Assembly: GCA_965219575.1 (NCBI GenBank)
Contig: OZ244779.1
Coordinates: forward strand, 1,868,769 to 1,932,768
Source: Candidatus Oxydemutatoraceae bacterium
Lineage (GTDB): Bacteria > Pseudomonadota > Gammaproteobacteria > Poriferisulfidales > Oxydemutatoraceae
Reading direction: 5' to 3'
Length of the DNA: 64,000 bases
The position numbers and the translations under genes were made by a program. Below, piece by piece: positions 1-9,669 of the stretch (positions are counted from its first letter, which is position 1; each line of letters starts with the position of its first letter). A model generated the notes under the pieces. That model was not told the origin of the DNA. It worked only from the letters and a program-made list of their open reading frames with translations, and searched no databases.

Positions 1-5
1 TTCAC

Positions 6-320
6 TTACCGAAGTTGGATCAATATAACTTCGGTTTCAATGCCACCGTAGCCGTGTAGCGAGTCGTGCGCTCGCACTCGTACGCGTTCAATGGTTTCGG
101 GAATCGATACGCCGGCTTTGGTGCGAGTGAAAGATTTTTCACCTACATGGGGATGCAACAGTACGCGGGTTGCCAATACCTCGCCGTTCGGTGCGATGAT
201 TTCCCAACGATCGGCATAGTGATCCCAGCTTTCGTCTTCGTGTTGTACGGTGACACCGAAGGTATAAGTCCCGTCGGCGCAATGTTCCGCCGTCGCTTTT
301 ATTACATCGGCATACGACAT
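6..320 (-). CDS. Conserved hypothetical protein (~104 aa)
   Basis: ATG at 320 (MSYADV...), just downstream of uvrB; motifs WDHYADRW, RVLLHPH, HDSLHG. The longer ORF-track N-terminus overlaps uvrB and is unlikely. Confidence 0.65.
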   Translation of the reverse strand: MSYADVIKATAEHCADGTYTFGVTVQHEDESWDHYADRWEIIAPNGEVLATRVLLHPHVGEKSFTRTKAGVSIPETIERVRVRAHDSLHGYGGIETEVILIQLR

Positions 321-354
321 CGTAATCCTTGTTTTTCTTGTTCGGCAAATAATC

Positions 355-2382
355 TCATCGATACGGCTTTTCTGTAGCACCGAATACTTGCGTTTTAACC
401 AGCGCGGCTTGATCGCGCAGACGCGCAGCTTCCTCGAATTCCAGGTTTCTCGAACATGCGTACATCTGCTCTTCCAGCTTTTTGATTTTTTTAACCGCTT
501 CATCGGGTGTCAGCGTATCGTAGTCAGCTATTTTTACTTCGGCGACTCGACGGCGTTTCTTATTACCGACTTGCTTTAGATGCGCACCCTCCATGACATC
601 GGCAACTTTCTTTTGTATCCCTTGCGGAGAGATGCCGTGAAGTTTATTAAATTCTCGCTGCTTGTCGCGGCGACGCTTGGTCTCTACCAGAGCCGCTTTC
701 ATCGAACGGGTGATTTTATCGGCGTAGAGTATCGCCGTCCCGTTGATATGGCGGGCGGCGCGCCCGATGGTCTGCACCAAAGAAGTCTCGGAACGTAAAT
801 AGCCCTCTTTATCTGCATCGAGTATCGCAACCAGAGAAACCTCCGGAATATCCAAACCTTCACGCAGTAGATTGATACCTACCAATACATCGAATATACC
901 CAGCCTGAGATCGCGGATAATCTCTACGCGCTCGACGGTATCTACATCCGAATGTAGATAGCGCACCCGTACATCGTGTTCGCCCAAATAGTCGGTCAAG
1001 TCTTCCGCCATCCGTTTGGTCAGAGTGGTAATCAATACGCGTTCGTCGCGTGCCACCCGTTTATTAATTTCGGATAACACATCGTCTACCTGCGAAGTAA
1101 CCGGTCGGACATCGGTTTGAGGATCTATCAATCCGGTAGGTCGCACGACTTGCTCGGCAACGATACCGCTATGATCTTTTTCGTATTGCGCAGGAGTTGC
1201 CGAAACCAGTATCATCTGCGGGGCGAGTGCTTCGAATTCCTCGAACTTCAACGGGCGATTATCGAGTGCCGACGGCAACCTGAAACCGTATTCAACCAGA
1301 TTCTTTTTACGCGAATGATCACCCCTGTACATCCCCATAAACTGCGGTATCGAAACATGGCTCTCGTCCATTACCATCAACGCATTGTCGGGCAGATAAT
1401 CGAGCAGGCAGGGCGGTGGCTGTCCGGCACCGCGACCACTCAGGTAACGCGAATAATTCTCTATACCCGAGCAATAACCGAGCTCGTACATCATTTCTAC
1501 ATCGTAAATCGTGCGTTGTTCTAGACGTTGCGCCTCCACGAGCTTGTTGGAACGGGTCAATAAATCAAGTTGCGTGCGAAGTTCTACTTTAATTTGTTCT
1601 ATCGCATCGAGTATCGTTTGCCTAGGTGTCACATAGTGCGACTTGGGATAAATCGTCAAACGAGGCACGCTACCCAAAACTTCGCCGGTCAAAGGATCAA
1701 AGTAGCTTAACTTTTCTATTTCGTCGTCAAATAACTCTATGCGTACGGCTTCTCGCTCGGATTCCGCGGGGTGCACGTCGATTACATCGCCGCGCACCCT
1801 AAAACAACCGCGTCTGAGTTCTATATCGTTGCGCGTATATTGTAGTTCGGCTAAGCGTTTTAGGATTTTTCGTTGAGTGATCGCATCGCCTCTATCTAAA
1901 TGGATAACCATATGCAGGTATTTTTTAGGATCACCCAAACCGTAAATCGCCGATACCGTGCCGACGATTACCGTGTCGGCGCGTTCGAACAGTGCTTTGG
2001 TCGCCGATAGCCGCATCTGCTCTATATGATCGTTGACCGACGCATCCTTTTCTATATAGGTGTCGCTACTCGGTACATAAGCCTCGGGTTGATAGTAGTC
2101 GTAATACGAAACGAAATATTCCACTGCGGCATCCGGGAAAAAATCTTTTAACTCACCGTAGAGCTGTGCTGCCAAAGTCTTATTGGGAGCGAGTACTATC
2201 GTCGGGCGTTGCACTCGCTCTATGACATTTGCGATGGTAAAGGTTTTGCCCGAACCGGTCACACCGAGCAGTGTCAAATGAGATAAACCGTCTTTCAAAC
2301 CTCGGATCAATTCTTTTATAGCCTGTGGCTGATCGCCCGAGGGCATATAGCTACTTTTCAGCTTAAAGGTTTTTTCAAGCAT
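355..2382 (-). CDS. uvrB: Excinuclease ABC subunit B
   Basis: GVTGSGKT Walker [11 protein letters not shown] beta-hairpin, DESH, C-terminal UVR domain ([11 protein letters not shown]). Confidence 0.98.
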   Translation of the reverse strand: MLEKTFKLKSSYMPSGDQPQAIKELIRGLKDGLSHLTLLGVTGSGKTFTIANVIERVQRPTIVLAPNKTLAAQLYGELKDFFPDAAVEYFVSYYDYYQPEAYVPSSDTYIEKDASVNDHIEQMRLSATKALFERADTVIVGTVSAIYGLGDPKKYLHMVIHLDRGDAITQRKILKRLAELQYTRNDIELRRGCFRVRGDVIDVHPAESEREAVRIELFDDEIEKLSYFDPLTGEVLGSVPRLTIYPKSHYVTPRQTILDAIEQIKVELRTQLDLLTRSNKLVEAQRLEQRTIYDVEMMYELGYCSGIENYSRYLSGRGAGQPPPCLLDYLPDNALMVMDESHVSIPQFMGMYRGDHSRKKNLVEYGFRLPSALDNRPLKFEEFEALAPQMILVSATPAQYEKDHSGIVAEQVVRPTGLIDPQTDVRPVTSQVDDVLSEINKRVARDERVLITTLTKRMAEDLTDYLGEHDVRVRYLHSDVDTVERVEIIRDLRLGIFDVLVGINLLREGLDIPEVSLVAILDADKEGYLRSETSLVQTIGRAARHINGTAILYADKITRSMKAALVETKRRRDKQREFNKLHGISPQGIQKKVADVMEGAHLKQVGNKKRRRVAEVKIADYDTLTPDEAVKKIKKLEEQMYACSRNLEFEEAARLRDQAALVKTQVFGATEKPYR

Positions 2383-2410
2383 GAGCGTTTGTGTCTCTCC
2401 TACACTTTGT

Positions 2411-3358
2411 TTATGTATCCCAATCGTAGCCCGAAAAGAAATTGTATTCGTCGATTATCTTTTTTACTTCTTCCTTTTGCTCATCCGACCAGTGCAGTTC
2501 ATGACGGCTTTTATTGATTTTTTTACGAATTACCGAAGCACAATCTTTCAAATAGTCTCGGGGATATGACACTTTCAGGAATTTGCATAGCTTGGTCAGT
2601 TGTTTGGTGGGAGAAGCAACTAAATCTTCGTGCCTATTTATCAATATATTCGTACTTTTCCTTAAAATACTTTTCGTTTGCATTAGTTCAAATAGTTTTT
2701 TTCCCTGCTTGCACATAGTAGGAAACGATATCTTTATTTTATAATCCAGCATCTTATTCACATCATCCTGTGTTACCACTCGAAGCCTTCTATTACCTGC
2801 CCAATAGACTACATCGGTGGCAATCATATCATAAGGATTACGCACCGTGAAAACAAACCTCAAGCGGCTAATCTTCGCTTGTCTAAGATTCTCTTTTAGC
2901 TTTTCTAATACCCCCTTCTCTAATAAACTGTCTGCCAGCGGTAATGAATTTTTAATACCTATTACTTTTAACGATTCGCAACGGGCTTGCCATTGATTAG
3001 GAACGGATACATAACGCTCTTGCTGGTTATAAGTTCTTTTTACTTTGTTATTCGAGTTTGAAATTTCCTCAAAAGTCTGTGGATCCCGAATTTCTCTCGC
3101 ACCTTCAAATCTCATTTTATCTATGTATAAAATATAATTCAGTAAAACTATAAAAGGAACTTTGTCATATAATGCCTCACCTTGCCGGGCGGGTTCATTA
3201 GCTACAACCATATTGGGATGGGCGGTAAGTAAATAACCGAGTAGCGATGAACCCGATCTGGGAAAATACGATACCAGTGTCATCGTGTGTATATCGTCAA
3301 AATACACCGTGTCGGGTGCGGGTATTTTATAATCTAAGGGAGAAATACGATCGGGCAT
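2411..3358 (-). CDS. Sulfotransferase family protein (paralog 1)
   Basis: 5'-PAPS motif PRSGSSLL, 3'-phosphate motif RNPYD, downstream [14 protein letters not shown]. Confidence 0.85.
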   Translation of the reverse strand: MPDRISPLDYKIPAPDTVYFDDIHTMTLVSYFPRSGSSLLGYLLTAHPNMVVANEPARQGEALYDKVPFIVLLNYILYIDKMRFEGAREIRDPQTFEEISNSNNKVKRTYNQQERYVSVPNQWQARCESLKVIGIKNSLPLADSLLEKGVLEKLKENLRQAKISRLRFVFTVRNPYDMIATDVVYWAGNRRLRVVTQDDVNKMLDYKIKISFPTMCKQGKKLFELMQTKSILRKSTNILINRHEDLVASPTKQLTKLCKFLKVSYPRDYLKDCASVIRKKINKSRHELHWSDEQKEEVKKIIDEYNFFSGYDWDT

Positions 3359-3377
3359 AAATAATCCTGTAAGTGTC

Positions 3378-4298
3378 TCATGAATCCCAGCTGTAGCCGG
3401 AAAGAAAGTGATATGTATCTATTAACTTTGCTAACTCTTCTTTTCGTTGCTCCGACCAATCCAATTCATAACGGCTTTTGTAGGCTTTTTTATGAACCAC
3501 GGATGCACAATCATCAAGATAATCGGGAAATGCCGGCACTCCTAGAAAATCGCATAGCTTACTCAGCTGATCTACCGGAGAAGCCACCATATCCTCGTGC
3601 CTATTGATAAATATATCCTCGGCTTTAATCACCGTAAAAAGACTCTCCGCCCCTTCACACATTCTAGGGAGGCGTATTTTCACATTATAGTCCAATACCA
3701 TATATACATCGTTCTGTGTCACCGTTCTAATTTTCTTATTGTTAGCCCAATATGCTACATTGGTGGTAATCATATCGTAAGGGTTGCGCACCGTGAAAAT
3801 AAACTTTAAGCGATTGACCGATTTTTTCTTAAGATTTTCCCTAAAAGTCTTTAATATACCTATTTTTGATAGGCGATTAGTTGAATATGAGGAACATTTA
3901 GTTCCTATTACTTGTAAAGACTCATAGCGAGCTTGCCATTGATTAGGAACCATCACATATTTGTTTCCTGCACCGTACCTTGATTTGGACTCACTTTTAT
4001 TTAATGATGAAGATTTTTCGGTGTTTTCAATAAATTCTTTTGCTAGTCTAAATCTATTTCTATCCCTTAGAAAAATATAATTAAATAACTCTTTTGGATC
4101 GACTTCGTATAGATTTTTAACTTTGATATGAGGCTCATGGGCAACTATTATATTACGATGTGCGGTCAGTAAATAACCGACCAGCGATGAACCGCTTCTA
4201 CTAAATCCTACCGTTGATACGAATGTGTGTACGTCCTTAAAATACGCCGGGTCGTGTACAGGTATTTCATAATCTTGTGGATCGATACGGTCAGGCAT
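3378..4298 (-). CDS. Sulfotransferase family protein (paralog 2)
   Basis: SRSGSSLV, RNPYD, RHEDMVASP..LCDFL. Confidence 0.85.
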   Translation of the reverse strand: MPDRIDPQDYEIPVHDPAYFKDVHTFVSTVGFSRSGSSLVGYLLTAHRNIIVAHEPHIKVKNLYEVDPKELFNYIFLRDRNRFRLAKEFIENTEKSSSLNKSESKSRYGAGNKYVMVPNQWQARYESLQVIGTKCSSYSTNRLSKIGILKTFRENLKKKSVNRLKFIFTVRNPYDMITTNVAYWANNKKIRTVTQNDVYMVLDYNVKIRLPRMCEGAESLFTVIKAEDIFINRHEDMVASPVDQLSKLCDFLGVPAFPDYLDDCASVVHKKAYKSRYELDWSEQRKEELAKLIDTYHFLSGYSWDS

Positions 4299-4317
4299 AA
4301 ATAATCTTATAAGTGTT

Positions 4318-5244
4318 TCATGAGTCCCAACTATAGCCGGAAAAGAAGTGATATGTATCTATAATCTTCGCTACCTCTTCCTTTTGTTGCTCCGACCAGT
4401 CGAGTTCATAACGACTTTTGTTGGCTTTTTTACGAACTATGGACGCACAATCATTAAGATAATCGGGAAGTGGCGGTACGCTCAGGAAATCGCATAGCTT
4501 GCTCAACTGGTTTATGGGAGAAGCCGTCATGTCCTCGTGCCTATTGATAAATACATTTTTATCTCCGGCCAACTTAAAAATTTTTTTAGCTATTTCGCAT
4601 CGTCTTACAAATTGACTTTTTATTTGTTTAGTTATCAGTTTGTGTTTTTGCTCTTCGGTGAAAGAAGCTTTTTTCGGGTTTCCGGCACGGTGCATTATAC
4701 CCGTGCTAATCATATCGTAGGGGTTTCGTACTGTAAAAATAAACTTCAAACGATGAATTCCTAGTTTTTTAATTTTCGACTTGAACTTCTCGTATGTATC
4801 TTCCTCCGATAGATGCCTCGCCAATATCGACGAATTTTTAATTCCTATAACATGCAACGAGTCGCAACATGCCTGCCATTGATTAGGAACAAACATATAA
4901 CGCTCTTGTTTGTTATAGGTTCTCTTGACAGGATTATCCGATATGGAGGCTTCCCTCGGCTTTTCCGTAGAACGAAAATTTTTCGCTTCTTCAAATCTCA
5001 TTTTATCTACATATAAAATATAATTTATCAATGCCATCGGAGGAACTTCATCGTATAAGTTTTCTTGGTAGTGGTTCGGTTCGCTAGCTATCACCATATT
5101 GCAATGGGCGGTTAGTAAATAGCCGAGCAATGTTGAACCGGAGCGAGGAAAAGTAGATACCAATACCATCGTATGTAGTTTATCAAAATAGTTTTTGTCC
5201 GGTACGGGCGTTCTATAATGGGGTGATTTAGTGTCACGCATCAT
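4318..5244 (-). CDS. Sulfotransferase family protein (paralog 3)
   Basis: PRSGSTLL, RNPYD, RHEDMTASP..LCDFL. Confidence 0.85.
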   Translation of the reverse strand: MMRDTKSPHYRTPVPDKNYFDKLHTMVLVSTFPRSGSTLLGYLLTAHCNMVIASEPNHYQENLYDEVPPMALINYILYVDKMRFEEAKNFRSTEKPREASISDNPVKRTYNKQERYMFVPNQWQACCDSLHVIGIKNSSILARHLSEEDTYEKFKSKIKKLGIHRLKFIFTVRNPYDMISTGIMHRAGNPKKASFTEEQKHKLITKQIKSQFVRRCEIAKKIFKLAGDKNVFINRHEDMTASPINQLSKLCDFLSVPPLPDYLNDCASIVRKKANKSRYELDWSEQQKEEVAKIIDTYHFFSGYSWDS

Positions 5245-5360
5245 GGATATTGATAAAATAAGTATTAAAGTGTTGCTTTTTTAAGTATCTGACTTGAGAA
5301 TTAGCTATTATATATACACCCTTAAAATATTCCAAAACTATCCGATAACTCTATTTATTT

Positions 5361-6809
5361 ATGACCGATATTGAAAACAAAGAACATATCCTATTTTTAA
5401 CCGGCAAACTCGCTTATTCGGGGTTGATTCGTATTCTAGAGGATATGCAAAGCGACGCATTTACATACGATGTCCGCAATTTAGGTTTGAGCGTCGCTTC
5501 TATGATGACTACGAGTATCATCAAACGAAGATTAAAAGACATAGATCAATTCGACAGAATTATCTTACCGGGTCTTTTCCGCGGCGATTTAGAGGAACTA
5601 TCGTCTCATTTTCGCGTCCCGTTCGAGCGCGGACCCGACGAACTCAAGGACATCCCGTCATTATTCGGTAAAACGCATCACTATGATTTGGAAGATTCGG
5701 ATGTGTTGATCTTCGGTGAGATAGTCGAAGCTGCCGAGCAGTCGCCGGAAGAGACTCTGGATGTTGCGCAACGTTACAGAACAGACGGTGCCGATGTGAT
5801 AGATATAGGGTTTATGCCGGAAACACCCTTTCCACAACTCAAAGATACGATTACTTTACTCAAAGAACATCGTTTCAAGGTCAGCGTAGATACGCATAAC
5901 ACCGAACAACTGTTGCAGGCATCGCAGTACGGTGCAGATTATCTGCTCAGCCTAAAACAAGACACGCTATGGGTCGCCGACGAAAGCGAGGCAACACCTA
6001 TCGTAATCCCGGACACACCACAACAGATAGAGACACTCTATAACTGCATAGAAAGACTGGAGAAAAAAAATAGAGCATTTGTCGCCGATCCCATTCTAGA
6101 TCCCATACATTACGGATTTAGCGACTCTGTGGCACGCTACCACCGCTTACGCCACGATCACCCGCATATAGAAATAATGATGGGGATCGGCAATCTCACC
6201 GAACTAACACACGCCGATACCTCGGGCATCAATGCACTACTACTGGGTATCGTGTCGGAACTCGATATTAGATATTTATTGACCACCCAAGTTAGCGAAC
6301 ACTGCCGCTGTGCGATACGAGAAGCCGATTTAGCGAGACGCATTATGTATACAGCGCGTCGCCATAGTTCCACGCCTGCAAATATCGCAAGCGGGTTGAT
6401 GGCATTGCACGAAAGACACCCTTTTCCTTATAGTCCGAGGGAAATTAAAACTATTGCCGAATCTATCAAAGATAAAAATTTCAGAATACAGCTCAGCGAA
6501 GAAGGTATACATATGTATAATCGCGATCTCTATAAAGTTGCAACCGATCCTTTTGATTTTTATACCGAGCTGGGTGTCTCGGACGACGGCGGACATGCGT
6601 TTTACTTGGGAGTAGAATTGGGACGGGCGCAAATTGCATGGCAGCTAGGAAAGCGTTACAATCAGGACGAAGAATTGCTCTGGGGATGTGCCGTAGAGCC
6701 TAAAGAAGAAGACCTCACTACTTTTAAGGAAGGCGGCATAACCTTAAAAGAGCGACGCGAAAAAATAAAAAACAGAAAAAAACGAAATACAAAGAATGAA
6801 GATACTTGA
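5361..6809 (+). CDS. Dihydropteroate-synthase-like protein of H4MPT biosynthesis (DUF6513/Orf20 type)
   Basis: N-terminal LFLTGKLA, pterin-binding barrel GADVIDIG/SVDT, C-terminal HAFYLGVEL..A..AWQLGKRY.QDE; clustered with DUF447 and mfnB-like genes. Confidence 0.8.
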   Translation: MTDIENKEHILFLTGKLAYSGLIRILEDMQSDAFTYDVRNLGLSVASMMTTSIIKRRLKDIDQFDRIILPGLFRGDLEELSSHFRVPFERGPDELKDIPSLFGKTHHYDLEDSDVLIFGEIVEAAEQSPEETLDVAQRYRTDGADVIDIGFMPETPFPQLKDTITLLKEHRFKVSVDTHNTEQLLQASQYGADYLLSLKQDTLWVADESEATPIVIPDTPQQIETLYNCIERLEKKNRAFVADPILDPIHYGFSDSVARYHRLRHDHPHIEIMMGIGNLTELTHADTSGINALLLGIVSELDIRYLLTTQVSEHCRCAIREADLARRIMYTARRHSSTPANIASGLMALHERHPFPYSPREIKTIAESIKDKNFRIQLSEEGIHMYNRDLYKVATDPFDFYTELGVSDDGGHAFYLGVELGRAQIAWQLGKRYNQDEELLWGCAVEPKEEDLTTFKEGGITLKERREKIKNRKKRNTKNEDT

Positions 6810-7359
6810 AACGATCGTCTCTACTTGCAACGAAGACGGTAGCACATATCTTGCTCCGATGGGGATATGGGTGAGCGATTCCTTTACGATACTAGCGCCT
6901 TTCAAACCGTCTACCACCTTAGACAATCTCAAGCGTACCCCGTATGCGGTAATCAACCGTATAGACGATGTCAGAGTATTTGCAGGTTGTCTAAGCGGTC
7001 GCAGAGAATGGGCTTTAGCCGAAAGTGAATATGTAAAAGCCAAACGGCTGGCGGCTGCGTTGAGTCACACTGAAGTCAAAGTCGTCAAAACCGAAGAGGA
7101 TGCACTCAGACCGAAGCTATACACCGAGATATTGCATGAGGCAACGCACGCACCTTTTAGTGGCTTTAACCGAGCGCAAGCTGCGGTTATAGAATTGGCG
7201 ATACTCGTCAGCCGCCTAGACCGATTAGCGCGTGAAAAAATTCTCACCGAGATTGACTATCTAAAAATTGCCATAGATAAAACCGCCGGTTCCGAGGAAC
7301 TCGAGGCGTGGTCGTGGTTAATCGAACGCGTGCAGAGGAAATTTCCGGAAATATCCTAA
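6796..7359 (+). CDS. DUF447 family protein (Orf19 type)
   Basis: ETIVST...APMGI...PFKPSTTLDNL, FNRAQAAVIELAILVSRL; overlaps the upstream gene. Confidence 0.8.
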   Translation: MKILETIVSTCNEDGSTYLAPMGIWVSDSFTILAPFKPSTTLDNLKRTPYAVINRIDDVRVFAGCLSGRREWALAESEYVKAKRLAAALSHTEVKVVKTEEDALRPKLYTEILHEATHAPFSGFNRAQAAVIELAILVSRLDRLAREKILTEIDYLKIAIDKTAGSEELEAWSWLIERVQRKFPEIS

Positions 7360-7363
7360 TAGT

Positions 7364-8041
7364 ATGACGAAATTATTAGCTAGCATTTCTAACTTGGAAG
7401 AAGCACGCATCGCACTGCAGGCTTCGGTGGGAATACTTGATATGAAAGACCCTACGCAAGGTGCTTTAGGTGCACTGGACGAGCATACTATAGGTGAAAT
7501 CGTGGAGCTCGTATCGGGAACTTGTATCAGTAGCGCAACCATAGGTGATTTGCCCGCCGATCCCGAAGTCGTATTAAAAAAAACACGAGCGGTCGCAAAG
7601 CTCGGAGTAAATTATGTCAAAGTCGGAATGTTCGGCGGTGATTGGCTTTTGAAATGTTTGCCTGCGCTCAAAACGGTCACCACAAATATTAATTTGGTCG
7701 GGGTTTTATTCGCCGAATACTTTAACGATTTATCGGGACCCTGTCATTTATTAAGGTCGGCAGGTTTCGGCGGCATCATGGTAGATACGGCAAATAAAAA
7801 GAACGGTTCGGTACGCACCGTCAAAAGCGACTCCGAGTTAAGTGATTTTGTGAAAACTGCACAAAGCAGCGGTTTGCTTTGTGGCATCGCAGGTTCATTA
7901 AAATACCGAGACATCAAGCCTCTGCTTAAAATGACACCCGATTATCTAGGCTTTAGGACTGCGTTGTGTGAAAACCATCGAAGACAGGGAAAATTATCCG
8001 CCGCAATGATACAAAAAATCACCGCGCAACTACGGCGATAG
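7364..8041 (+). CDS. mfnB: (5-formylfuran-3-yl)methyl phosphate synthase
   Basis: LLASI..EEA..A, DMKDP..GALGA, SATIGD, YVKVG, DTA.K, AGSL, PDYLGFRTALC. Confidence 0.85.
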   Translation: MTKLLASISNLEEARIALQASVGILDMKDPTQGALGALDEHTIGEIVELVSGTCISSATIGDLPADPEVVLKKTRAVAKLGVNYVKVGMFGGDWLLKCLPALKTVTTNINLVGVLFAEYFNDLSGPCHLLRSAGFGGIMVDTANKKNGSVRTVKSDSELSDFVKTAQSSGLLCGIAGSLKYRDIKPLLKMTPDYLGFRTALCENHRRQGKLSAAMIQKITAQLRR

Positions 8042-8143
8042 AGTTCCGTTGATTATTGAAAGGGCTTTGGATCGTCGTTTAAGCCATACGGAGTAAAGCA
8101 ATAATGGGACTGTTGAAAAGTATTCTATGCACCGTAGGGGTGG

Positions 8144-8899
8144 TTATCCGAAGGTCTTGGCTGTCCATTTTACCTCTCCGATAATCTCCGCAGCATCCGG
8201 AAAGGGTTCGGACTTCAATTTCGGATGGTTGCTTACGAGCTGCCATCCGTTTTTGTCCTTACCGAGACGCTTAACGACAACATCATCGTTGATTCGTATT
8301 GCGTAGATGTTCCCTACTCGGCGACGGCATTGCGAACGATCGATTAGTACTATAGAGCGTTCTGCTATCGTCGGTTCCATAGATCCGTTGCGAACTTCCA
8401 CAATGAAGCAATGTTCAAAATTCAGCTTATGTCTAGCGAACCAATCGCGATGAAAGGCCACATAACATGACTTTTGATAATCCTCGCTACCCGTGGTTTT
8501 GCTTGCAGTGGCTTTCATTTCAAGAACGGGGATATAGTGCATTAGGTCCGATTCCGCAACATACGATGCCTTGGATTCCGCTATTTTGCGGTATGAACTT
8601 TTAGGCGGCAATCGGGATATTATTTCTTGAAACATGCTTCGGATCGTCACTCCCTTTTCGGACGAGTCAACTATATCCGGAGATTCGGAACGCGTCGGCC
8701 CTATATAAAATTCTAGTTTGAGCACCTCGCATAAAGCACGAATTCTCTCTACCGAAGGTATGCTACCACGGCGTATACCGCGAATAAGTTCGGGACCTCC
8801 GGTTGCTAGAATGGAGGCCTGACGAGCAGATATACCTTGCTCGTTCAAAGCTCGATCGATAATTTTTAAGAGAACTTTGGCTGAAAGATTCTTATTCAT
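8144..8899 (-). CDS. Phage CI-like repressor (HTH + S24 peptidase domain)
   Basis: N-terminal HTH; catalytic Ser in GSMEP and Lys in VVKRL; IIGEVKW C-terminus. Confidence 0.85.
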   Translation of the reverse strand: MNKNLSAKVLLKIIDRALNEQGISARQASILATGGPELIRGIRRGSIPSVERIRALCEVLKLEFYIGPTRSESPDIVDSSEKGVTIRSMFQEIISRLPPKSSYRKIAESKASYVAESDLMHYIPVLEMKATASKTTGSEDYQKSCYVAFHRDWFARHKLNFEHCFIVEVRNGSMEPTIAERSIVLIDRSQCRRRVGNIYAIRINDDVVVKRLGKDKNGWQLVSNHPKLKSEPFPDAAEIIGEVKWTAKTFG

Positions 8900-8900
8900 A

Positions 8901-9055
8901 TAAGGGAATTATCCCTTATTAAAGAAGATATGGCAAATAAAAATTACTCCGAAATTTTAGAATTATAGATACATCAGGAAGGGAATTATCCCTCATTATA
9001 AAAAATATGACAAATAAAAATTATTCCGAAAATTGAGAATTATAGTCTCATCAGA
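8901..9055 (-). promoter_or_regulatory. Tandemly duplicated 77-bp promoter/operator unit upstream of cI
   Basis: Units at 8902-8978 and 8979-9055. Each carries the palindrome AGGGA-ATTA-TCCCT and a minus-strand TTG(C/T)CA-17bp-GATAAT. Confidence 0.75.
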
Positions 9056-9182
9056 ACCTGAAAGTGGTATTTGTTCATCGTTGCATGTATATAAACTTTG
9101 TGAAAATACTTAAAAAAAACCACGAAAATACAATAACTTTTATATTCTCACCTGCCATTCGTTATTATGCTAAAATACCCGA

Positions 9183-9248
9183 TAACCTTACTTATTGACA
9201 TAAGGTTAATTTACCCTAAAATAATCTATATGCGGGAAATTGACCTTA
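9183..9248 (+). promoter_or_regulatory. cro promoter with operator-like sites
   Basis: TTGACA at 9195-9200, TAAAAT at 9217-9222, ATG 7 nt later with no SD; operator-like 18-mers at 9201-9218 and 9231-9248; inverted repeat TAACCTTA/TAAGGTTA flanks the -35. Confidence 0.6.
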
Positions 9249-9484
9249 TAAAGATTAGCAAAAAATATACGCATGCTAAAAAAATTAGTCTCTCAAGGCT
9301 AGGTTTTTTAGCAGTGAAAGACGGTAAATTCTTCTCCAGACTGGAGAAAGGAAGTAGTTGCACACTTCGCACGGCGAGGTGTGTCATCCAGTATCTGTCG
9401 GATAGGTGGCCGCCGGGATTGAAGTGGCCATCCGACATTCAGCGACCTCCTATATCTCCCGGTCCGAAGAGGAAATCCGTATGA
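9230..9484 (+). CDS. Cro-like small transcriptional regulator
   Basis: 84 aa, divergent from cI; ISLSRLGFLAVKDGKFFSRLEKG and WPPGLKWPSDIQRP resemble phage Cro-like proteins. Confidence 0.7.
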   Translation: MREIDLIKISKKYTHAKKISLSRLGFLAVKDGKFFSRLEKGSSCTLRTARCVIQYLSDRWPPGLKWPSDIQRPPISPGPKRKSV

Positions 9485-9669
9485 TACACTTAACGAAGAC
9501 CTATGATACAGGTATAAAAAGTCTCAAAAAATAATTATGAAATGTATTCCCTATCGTTTAATTTTTTGTTACAATCAGAACATGACTTTTCATTGGTTGC
9601 CTCCTATGAGGCTATTGAGGCGGTCTCTCCCCCCTATGACCGCCTCCCTCTTTCGGGAAAACTAATCGG

